This document shows positions 57,464 through 64,000 of a stretch of 64,000 bases of DNA, piece by piece (positions within the stretch are counted from its first letter, which is position 1; each line of letters begins with the position of its first letter). This DNA comes from Thermoanaerobaculia bacterium. Its GTDB lineage: Bacteria; Acidobacteriota; Thermoanaerobaculia; Gp7-AA8. Made by a program: the position numbers and the translations under genes. The notes under the pieces are model-generated. The model saw only the letters and a list, made by a program, of their open reading frames with translations. It did no database searches and was not told the DNA's origin. The stretch is taken from assembly GCA_036488085.1 (NCBI GenBank), contig DASXHZ010000029.1, positions 42,860 to 106,859 on the forward strand. The letters are read 5' to 3'.

Positions 57464-58327
57464 TTAGAAAATGTATTTGCCGATGATGGGAGCGAGGTCC
57501 TGCACCGCCTTCGGCGAGATGCGCGTCCGGTCTGTGATGATGGCGTACTGCAGCGCACTGCCGCAGCCGCAGTCGCGCTTCCGCTTGGCGGCACGCGGGA
57601 CGGTGGCACGGATGATCTTCTGCGCCATCTCGGCGTTGGCGCGGAGGTAGCCGAGGATCTGCTCGACGCTGACGTCGCCGGACTCGTGCCAGCAGTCGTA
57701 GTCGGTGACGAGCGCCATGGTGACGTAGCAGAGCTCCGCCTCGCGCGCGAGCTTCGCCTCGGTCAGGTTGGTCATGCCGATGACGTCGACGTTCCAGGAG
57801 CGATACAGGTTCGACTCGGCGCGGGTCGAGAACTGCGGCCCTTCCATGCAGATGTACGTGCCGCCTTCGTGGATCTTCGCCCCCTGCTCCCGGCCTGTTT
57901 CCGCCATGAGCATCGCGGCGCCGGCACAGATCGGATCGGCGAACGCCACGTGCGCCACGATCCCGTTGCCGAAGAAGGTGTCGGGCCGATGGCGCGTGCG
58001 GTCGATGAACTGATGCGGGAAGACGATGTCGGTCGGCGCGTAGGCTTCTTTCATCGAGCCGACCGCGCTCGCGGAGAGGATCGTGTGCACGCCGAGGGTC
58101 TTGAAGCCGTAGATGTTCGCGCGGTAATTGACCTCGGTCGGCGTGTAGCGATGGCCACGGCCGTGTCTCGCAAGGAACGCGACCTTCACCCCGTCGATGT
58201 CGCCGAGAACGTAGGCGTCCGAGGGATCGCCGAACGGCGTCGGGATCACGAGCTCCTTCATGACGTTCAGACCGTCCATGTCGTAGAGGCCGGAGCCGCC
58301 GATGATGCCGATGGGGATTTCTGTCAT
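57464..58327 (-). CDS. mtnP: S-methyl-5'-thioadenosine phosphorylase
   Basis: IGIIGGSGLY N-terminus. PNP/MTAP family blocks. ATGA overlap with the upstream oxidoreductase. Confidence 0.9.
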   Translation of the reverse strand: MTEIPIGIIGGSGLYDMDGLNVMKELVIPTPFGDPSDAYVLGDIDGVKVAFLARHGRGHRYTPTEVNYRANIYGFKTLGVHTILSASAVGSMKEAYAPTDIVFPHQFIDRTRHRPDTFFGNGIVAHVAFADPICAGAAMLMAETGREQGAKIHEGGTYICMEGPQFSTRAESNLYRSWNVDVIGMTNLTEAKLAREAELCYVTMALVTDYDCWHESGDVSVEQILGYLRANAEMAQKIIRATVPRAAKRKRDCGCGSALQYAIITDRTRISPKAVQDLAPIIGKYIF

Positions 58328-59256
58328 CGCTTGAACTTCCTCATCGATTCGTCGATCGCGGCGGCGACACGGATGGCGAGATCGACGGCGGCGAGGCCGT
58401 CTTCACCGGCGACGATGGGGCGGAAGCGGTCGCGGACGCAGCCTAGGAACGCTTCGAGCTCGGCGCGGAGCGGCTCCTTCTTCTCGACCGTGATCTCGAG
58501 CGGGCGAATGCTGCGCTCCACGAGCTTGTAGCCCTTCACTTCCTGCTCTTTCGTGTCGACCGAGATGTAGGAGTCGCTGCCGAAGAAGCGGACCTTGCGC
58601 ACGCGATCCTGCGAGACGCGGCTCGCTGTGAGGTTCGCGACCGCGCCGTTCGCGAGCTCGAGGCGGACGTTCGTGATGTCGACTTTGTCGGTCAGCACCG
58701 GAACGCCGACGGCGCGGATGTCCGACACCTCCTGCCTCAGGAGCGACAGGACGAGGTTGATGTCGTGAATCATGAGGTCGAGCAGGACGTCGACGTCGAG
58801 CGAGCGGGAGACGAAGACGCCGAGACGCTCGGCCTCGAAGTAGCGAACCTGTCCGAGGTGATCGGCAACTGCCGTGATCGCCGGGTTGTAGCGCTCGACG
58901 TGGCCGACCTGGAGCACGCGGTCATGCTTCTTCGCGGCATCGATCAGCTTCTGCGCGTCGGCGACGGTCGCCGCGATCGGCTTCTCGACCAGGACGTCGA
59001 CGCCCGCTTCGAGCAACTCACCCGCAACCGCGAGGTGCGAGGTCGTCGTCGTGGCGACGACGGCGGCATCGATCTCTTTCTTCAGCGCCGCGACGGAGTC
59101 GAAGCGGCGGATGTTCAGCGTCGACGTCACCTCGTTCGCCGCGTCATCGCGCGGATCGACGAAGCCGACGACCGTCGCCTCCGGCATCTCGGTGAGGATC
59201 CGCGCGTGCACGCGGCCGAGGGAGCCGGTGCCGATGATGCCGACTCGTGTCGTCAA
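58324..59256 (-). CDS. Gfo/Idh/MocA-family NAD(P)-dependent oxidoreductase, translationally coupled to lpxA
   Basis: TTG start at 59256 overlapping the lpxA TGA (TTGA). Rossmann block RVGIIGTGSLG. The upstream 88 codons of the listed ORF overlap lpxA in another frame. Confidence 0.8.
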   Translation of the reverse strand: MTTRVGIIGTGSLGRVHARILTEMPEATVVGFVDPRDDAANEVTSTLNIRRFDSVAALKKEIDAAVVATTTTSHLAVAGELLEAGVDVLVEKPIAATVADAQKLIDAAKKHDRVLQVGHVERYNPAITAVADHLGQVRYFEAERLGVFVSRSLDVDVLLDLMIHDINLVLSLLRQEVSDIRAVGVPVLTDKVDITNVRLELANGAVANLTASRVSQDRVRKVRFFGSDSYISVDTKEQEVKGYKLVERSIRPLEITVEKKEPLRAELEAFLGCVRDRFRPIVAGEDGLAAVDLAIRVAAAIDESMRKFKR

Positions 59257-60032
59257 CGGATCACGCCTCTCTTCGAGCTGCGCACGAACTCCACCAGGTA
59301 TCGCGCCTCGGGATAGAGGCCGAGATCGTTCTCGATCTGGAGCAGCGCATCCTCCGTCTTCAGCTTCGACCGGATGAGGAGCTTGTATGCGCGCTGCAGC
59401 GCCTCGATCGTCTCCTTCGGGAAGCCTTTCCGCTCGAGGCCGATCGTGTTGATGCCGTAGCTGCCGTTGTCGCGCGCGGCGACCGTCTTCGCGTACGGGA
59501 GGACGTCCTGCGTGCACATCGTGCCGCCGCCAATGAACGCATGCTCGCCGACGCGGCAGAACTGATGGACCGCGGAGAAGGCGCCGACCTGCGCGTAGTC
59601 GCCGACTTCGACGTGTCCCGCAAGTGTGGCGCAGTTGGCGAAGATCGTGTTGTTGCCGACGTGGCAGTCGTGCGCCACGTGCGCGTACGCCATGAAGAAG
59701 TTGCTGTTGCCGATCGTCGTGAGGCCGCCGCCGCCGGCCGTGCCGCGGTTCAGCGTCACGAATTCGCGGAAGACGTTGTCGTTGCCGATCACGAGCTCGG
59801 TGCGCTCTTCGTGGTACTTGAGGTCCTGCGGCGGACCCCCGATCGACGCGTGGCCGTAGAAGTGATTGCGCTCACCGATCGTGGCCGGACCTTCGATCCG
59901 TGTGTACGGGCCCACGGTGGTACCGCTGCCGATCGTGACGCTCGGACCGACCAGTGCGAACGCGCCGACGGTGACGTCATCGGCGAGCAGGGCATCAGGC
60001 GAAACGGATGCAAGAGGATCGATCCGCGTCAT
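59253..60032 (-). CDS. lpxA: Acyl-ACP--UDP-N-acetylglucosamine O-acyltransferase
   Basis: Left-handed beta-helix hexapeptide repeats. Start [12 protein letters not shown]. Confidence 0.9.
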   Translation of the reverse strand: MTRIDPLASVSPDALLADDVTVGAFALVGPSVTIGSGTTVGPYTRIEGPATIGERNHFYGHASIGGPPQDLKYHEERTELVIGNDNVFREFVTLNRGTAGGGGLTTIGNSNFFMAYAHVAHDCHVGNNTIFANCATLAGHVEVGDYAQVGAFSAVHQFCRVGEHAFIGGGTMCTQDVLPYAKTVAARDNGSYGINTIGLERKGFPKETIEALQRAYKLLIRSKLKTEDALLQIENDLGLYPEARYLVEFVRSSKRGVIR

Positions 60033-60472
60033 GCCGGCCGCTCCGTCATCACGCTGAGCATCTCGGCCTCGGCCACGATCGCGCCGTCGACTTTCGCCTC
60101 GCCGCGCATGCGCACGGTGCTCGCGCGCTTCTGCAGGACGGTGCACTCCATGATGAGTTGATCGCCGGGGATGACCGGCTTGCGGAAGCGCGCCTTGTCG
60201 ACACCGCCGAAGAGGAAGAGCTTCTTGTCGCGGTCTTCAATGTCCTTCAGAAAGAGCACTGCACAACACTGCGCCATCGCCTCGACGATGAGGACGCCGG
60301 GCATGACCGGATTGCCGGGGAAGTGGCCCTGGAAAAACTGCTCGTTCGCCGACACGTTCTTGAGGCCGACGATGCGTTTGCCGTCCTCGTATTCGAGGAT
60401 GCGGTCGACCAGCAGCATCGGATAGCGATGCGGCAGGAGCTTCATGATCTCGAGGATGTTCAACATAGTCAC
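60029..60472 (-). CDS. fabZ: 3-hydroxyacyl-ACP dehydratase
   Basis: [13 protein letters not shown] ... [13 protein letters not shown] hotdog signature. Confidence 0.9.
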   Translation of the reverse strand: MTMLNILEIMKLLPHRYPMLLVDRILEYEDGKRIVGLKNVSANEQFFQGHFPGNPVMPGVLIVEAMAQCCAVLFLKDIEDRDKKLFLFGGVDKARFRKPVIPGDQLIMECTVLQKRASTVRMRGEAKVDGAIVAEAEMLSVMTERPA

Positions 60473-61449
60473 TTTCTCTTGGTGAGCCGCCGCAACGCGC
60501 CTTCGCGCCGCGCGAACTCGCGGAACGGTACCGCCGGAATGCCCATCACCTTCGCGCCATCGGGAACGTCTTCGAGGACGGCGCTCTTCGCGGCGACCTG
60601 GACGTGGTTGCCGATCTTGAGGTGTCCCGCGAAACCCGACTGCCCGGCGACCATCACGTAGTTGCCGATCTCGGTCGAGCCGGCGATGCCGACCTGGGAG
60701 ACGAGGAAGCAGTGCTTCCCGATCTTCACGTTGTGGCCGACCTGCACGAGGTTGTCGATCTTCGTCCCCTCGCCAATCACCGTCTCGCCGAGGGCGGCGC
60801 GGTCGATCGTGGAGCCGGCGCCGATTTCGACATCGTCTTCGATGCGGACGATCCCGACCTGCGGAATCTTGTGATGGCGTCCGCCCGAAGTGGCGAACCC
60901 GTAGCCGTCACTGCCGATCACCACGCCGCTGTGCAGGATGCAGCGCTTGCCGACGCGGCACGCGTGGTAGACGGAAACGTGCGGATAGAGGATCGAACCG
61001 TCACCGATGGTGGCGCCGTCTTCGATCGCCACGTGGGAGTAGATGGTGACGTCGTCGCCGACCACGACGTCGTTCCCGATCGACGTGAAAGCGCCGACTC
61101 GGACGTTCGAGCCGAGCTTCGCCGAGGGAGCGACCGAGGCCATCGCGGAAACGCCGACGGGCGGTTTCGGCCGGTTGTCGAACCACTTCGCAAGCGTCTG
61201 AGCCATCGCGAGGTAGGGGTCTTTCACCCGGATCCATCGCACGTCGTCGCCGGGAAGATCGTTCGAGACGAGGATCGCCGCCGCGCGGGTCGAGCCGACC
61301 TGCGGCGCGTACTTGGGATTGTGCAGGAAACTGATCTGCCTTTCGGTGGCGTCGGCGAGCGCAGCTACGCCTTCGACGCGCTGCTCGCGCGGGCCATGAA
61401 ACGTGCCGCCGACGAAGTCGGCGATCTCACCGAGAGTCACCTCCGACAC
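60469..61449 (-). CDS. lpxD: UDP-3-O-acylglucosamine N-acyltransferase
   Basis: Hexapeptide-repeat LbH domain. Start set at GTG 61449 ([12 protein letters not shown]), downstream of the skp terminator. Confidence 0.85.
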   Translation of the reverse strand: MSEVTLGEIADFVGGTFHGPREQRVEGVAALADATERQISFLHNPKYAPQVGSTRAAAILVSNDLPGDDVRWIRVKDPYLAMAQTLAKWFDNRPKPPVGVSAMASVAPSAKLGSNVRVGAFTSIGNDVVVGDDVTIYSHVAIEDGATIGDGSILYPHVSVYHACRVGKRCILHSGVVIGSDGYGFATSGGRHHKIPQVGIVRIEDDVEIGAGSTIDRAALGETVIGEGTKIDNLVQVGHNVKIGKHCFLVSQVGIAGSTEIGNYVMVAGQSGFAGHLKIGNHVQVAAKSAVLEDVPDGAKVMGIPAVPFREFARREGALRRLTKRK

Positions 61450-61470
61450 GGGCGCGCATTCTAGGCCAAA

Positions 61471-61500
61471 ACGCAAAAAAGCCGCGGTTTCCCGCGGCCT
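61471..61500 (-). terminator. Rho-independent terminator after skp (minus strand)
   Basis: On the minus strand GGCCGCGGG-aaa-CCGCGGC is followed by TTTTTTGCGTTTT. Confidence 0.55.
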
Positions 61501-61522
61501 TTCACAGGTGCGATGTCCCTTG

Positions 61523-62053
61523 TTACTTGGCGGGAGCCGGCGACTGCGCCGCATCGAACCGCTTGATCACCGGCTCGGTGATGTCGATCGCGTCGGAGGC
61601 GTAGACGAGGCCGGACTCGAACTTGTTGAAGATCGCCGCGAGCCCCATCTCCTTACCGATGGCGTCGATGACCGGCTTGATCTTCAGTTCGAGGGCGGCG
61701 AGCTCCTTGTCGCGGGCCTCACCGACCTCCCGGTCGGCGTCCTGCGCGTAGCGCTGCATCGAGATGCGCTTGTCCGAGAGCTGTTTCTGCAAGTCCGTCA
61801 GCTTGTCTTCGGAGAGCGAGAGTTTCTTGGTGTTGATGTCGTTCTCGAGCGCCTTCGCCTCTTCGTCCATCTTCTGGGCGCGGGCGACCCGCTCGTCCTG
61901 CATCTTCTTCAGGCGCTCGTACGCGGCCTTGCCCAACGTCGAGCTCTGGAGCACACGCTGTACGTCGATGACCGCGATCCGCTGCGGCGCGCCTTGCGCG
62001 AAGGCGGGGACCGACAGCGCCGCCACCGCGACTGCAACTAGGAACTTCTTCAT
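61523..62053 (-). CDS. skp: OmpH/Skp-family periplasmic chaperone
   Basis: Signal peptide. Coiled-coil-rich Skp-like sequence. Position between bamA and lpxD. Confidence 0.85.
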   Translation of the reverse strand: MKKFLVAVAVAALSVPAFAQGAPQRIAVIDVQRVLQSSTLGKAAYERLKKMQDERVARAQKMDEEAKALENDINTKKLSLSEDKLTDLQKQLSDKRISMQRYAQDADREVGEARDKELAALELKIKPVIDAIGKEMGLAAIFNKFESGLVYASDAIDITEPVIKRFDAAQSPAPAK

Positions 62054-62144
62054 GGGGGATCTCCTTCTTGCTGATTCACGCCGTGGACGGCGCCGATTAT
62101 TCGCTGGCTTTGGACCGGTTGCGGAAAACTAAATAGAACGCTTC

Positions 62145-64000
62145 TTAGTACGTATTCCCAATCGTGAACTGGATGCTCTGGAACTTGTCGCCCGGCTGCG
62201 GCCGTATGTTGTGCGCGAAGATGAAGCGCAGCGGGAACTGGAAAATCGGCAGGAAAATGCGCAGCTCGGCGCCTGCCGTGTAGCGCGTCTTCGAGAGTTG
62301 CCACTTGTCCGCGTAACCGTAAGCCTGGCCGGCGTCAGCCCAGATGACGAAGCGGAGCGGGTCGTTGATCTTGATGATGTATTCGCTGTTGACGACGTCG
62401 TACTTATATCCGCCCGCCGGCTGCGTGATGCCGCCGATGACCTGCGTCGGCCCGAGGGTGTAGCTCTCGAATCCGCGAACGGAGTACTCGCCGCCGACGA
62501 GGAAACGCTCCGTCTCCGGAACGCAGAGCTCCTTGTTCGTCGCCTCGAGCTCCTCGCGGCTGTTCGAGCAGTCCTTGGAGAGCGGATAGATGCGCCCTGC
62601 CTCGGCGTTGATGCTGAACGTCGTCCGCTTCGACTGGCGGAAGAACTTAGTGAGGTTCAGCGTCGGCTTCAGCGCGTGAATCGAGCCGCCGAGCGGGCCG
62701 CCCGAATACGCCAGGGAGAAGACCGCTTTGCCGCCGCGCGTGGTGTCGTACGGGTTGTCGCGCGAGTCGAACGCATACGACGGCGCGACGCTCGACACGG
62801 TGTAGTTGTAGTCGGCGATGTCGGCGACAGGAACGTTGCCGTTCGAGTCGGGAGCGGACGTGATCTCGTAGTGGATCTTCGCGCGCTCCGCTGCATAGAC
62901 GAGCGAAAGGCTGTCGAAGCGATGGAGGCGATAGCCGTAAGCGATCGAGCCGCCCTTGCCGCGGTTCTCGTATCCGACCGCCGCCGGGTAGACCGTGTTG
63001 CGGTTGAAGATCGAGATGCCGAGGGAGTTCGGCGTGTCCATGAACCAGGGATTGGCGTACGACAGTGCGTAGTACGTGACGCGAGTGCCCTTCTGGGCGC
63101 TCAGCGAGAGGTTCTCCCCTTGCCCGAGGAAGTTGCGCGTCGCGAACTGCGACTGCAGGAAGAAGCCGCCGCCCTCGGAGTAGCCGCCGCCGAACTGGAC
63201 GTCGTTCTTCCCTTCCTCGTTGCCCTTCACGTTGATGTCGACCGTCTTCGTGTCGGGGTTCACCTTGAAGTCGGGGTTGTCCGTCACCTTGAAGTAGCCG
63301 AGCTGGCCGAGCTTGTAGAGGCTCTGCTTGAAGGTCTCCATGTCCATGATCGAGCCTTCCTCGAGGAAGATCTCGCGGCGGAGCACCTTGTCCTTCGTGA
63401 CGGTGTTGCCCTGGAACTCGAGGCGGCCCATGCGGAACTGGTCGCCTTCGTAGACGTTCAGCTTCACGTCGATGACGTTGTTCGGCTTGTTGACGTACTC
63501 GGGGTTCACGTACGCGTAGATGTAGCCGCGCATGCGGTACGCCTCGCCGAACGCGTCGACGCGGTCCTGGATCGGTTTGCGGCGGATGACCTGGCCCTTC
63601 TTGGTCGGCCAGTTTCCGATGATCTCCTGGTTGGTGAAGACGCTGTTCCCGGACACGCTGACGTCGCCGAATGTGTGGACGGTACCTTCCGTGATCGGGA
63701 TGAGGAGCTTCACGCGCGGCTTCTTGGTGTTCTTGCCGACCGTCGTGATCTTCGGATCGCCGAATACGACGTCGAAGTAGCCGAAGTCCTCGTAGTAGTT
63801 CTTCAGTCGCTCCATGTCCTCGTCGAGCTTCGACGGGATGTAGAGGTCCTTCTTTCGAATCCAGGTGATGATGTTGTGGGTCTTGATCTCTTTCATCTCC
63901 GAGCGAAGGCGGCGCGAGGAGAAGTGGTGGTTGCCCGTGAAGTCGATCGCCGCGATCTTCGCCTTGATGCCTTCGTCGATGTTGAAGAGGATCTTCTTCT
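62145..64000 (-). CDS. bamA: Outer-membrane protein assembly factor BamA (C-terminal part; N-terminal POTRA region runs off the window)
   Basis: C-terminal beta-barrel ending ...FTIGNTY. POTRA-like sequence upstream. The reading frame stays open to position 64000. Confidence 0.85.
   Translation of the reverse strand, partial: KKILFNIDEGIKAKIAAIDFTGNHHFSSRRLRSEMKEIKTHNIITWIRKKDLYIPSKLDEDMERLKNYYEDFGYFDVVFGDPKITTVGKNTKKPRVKLLIPITEGTVHTFGDVSVSGNSVFTNQEIIGNWPTKKGQVIRRKPIQDRVDAFGEAYRMRGYIYAYVNPEYVNKPNNVIDVKLNVYEGDQFRMGRLEFQGNTVTKDKVLRREIFLEEGSIMDMETFKQSLYKLGQLGYFKVTDNPDFKVNPDTKTVDINVKGNEEGKNDVQFGGGYSEGGGFFLQSQFATRNFLGQGENLSLSAQKGTRVTYYALSYANPWFMDTPNSLGISIFNRNTVYPAAVGYENRGKGGSIAYGYRLHRFDSLSLVYAAERAKIHYEITSAPDSNGNVPVADIADYNYTVSSVAPSYAFDSRDNPYDTTRGGKAVFSLAYSGGPLGGSIHALKPTLNLTKFFRQSKRTTFSINAEAGRIYPLSKDCSNSREELEATNKELCVPETERFLVGGEYSVRGFESYTLGPTQVIGGITQPAGGYKYDVVNSEYIIKINDPLRFVIWADAGQAYGYADKWQLSKTRYTAGAELRIFLPIFQFPLRFIFAHNIRPQPGDKFQSIQFTIGNTY

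Noticed and set aside
59253-60146. N-terminal 38-codon extension of lpxA ([10 protein letters not shown]...)
   Set aside because: Arg-rich, overlaps fabZ. The canonical LpxA start MTRIDPLA at 60032 gives the usual 4-nt overlap with fabZ.

Overview
High-GC (~68%) bacterial chromosome segment, densely coding. Gene content looks Acidobacteriota/Gemmatimonadota-like; that attribution is inference. I support about 60 CDSs. No rRNA or CRISPR array was seen. I scanned the larger intergenic regions for tRNA-like conserved motifs (e.g. GGTTCGAATCC) and recognised none, but this is not a rigorous tRNA exclusion.

Recognisable blocks:
- (i) A conserved carbamoyltransferase - SxtJ - DUF5989-like - SGNH hydrolase operon next to exonuclease III.
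- (ii) An ABC-2 exporter pair, quinone oxidoreductase, ankyrin, NUDIX and radical-SAM (PA0069 family) genes, then a TetR/MFS divergent pair with a palindromic operator.
- (iii) An ECF sigma / anti-sigma / membrane-protein operon, MurB, a POT peptide transporter, and a stand-alone LigD polymerase-domain protein.
- (iv) YihY, PAP2, a TPR plus dual cNMP-binding protein, an AttH/CrtC-like protein, a hybrid histidine kinase, beta-lactamase-like hydrolases, a cytochrome c / Cu-monooxygenase-like fusion, and a MacB/FtsX-type ABC pair.
- (v) A ZBD-less ClpX paralogue, NAD kinase, amidohydrolases, and a YciI-like plus large ECF-type sigma pair.
- (vi) The skp - lpxD - fabZ - lpxA lipid A cluster, followed by a Gfo/Idh/MocA oxidoreductase, MTAP and a PfkB kinase, with bamA truncated at the window edge.

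Most interesting:
- (a) A PglX/MmeI-like gamma-class N6-adenine methyltransferase (1001 aa) whose 3' end overlaps a compact SNF2-family helicase (532 aa). No other BREX or DISARM components are present, so this is a candidate minimal or novel restriction/defense module.
- (b) A ~1 kb low-GC island carrying a RelA/SpoT-domain protein (small alarmone synthetase-like, toxSAS-like) overlapping a small downstream ORF. This is a candidate toxin-antitoxin or abortive-infection pair.
- (c) A second low-GC island (~1.2 kb) with a multi-TM protein and an overlapping small single-TM ORF.
- (d) An AT-rich convergent intergenic region next to the methyltransferase/helicase pair, carrying two copies of the palindrome AGTACANNTGTACT.

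Many long ORFs in the six-frame track are antisense or alternate-frame artefacts of the high GC content and are not annotated. The ORF track also appears to render TTG/GTG starts as M, so several starts were reassigned.
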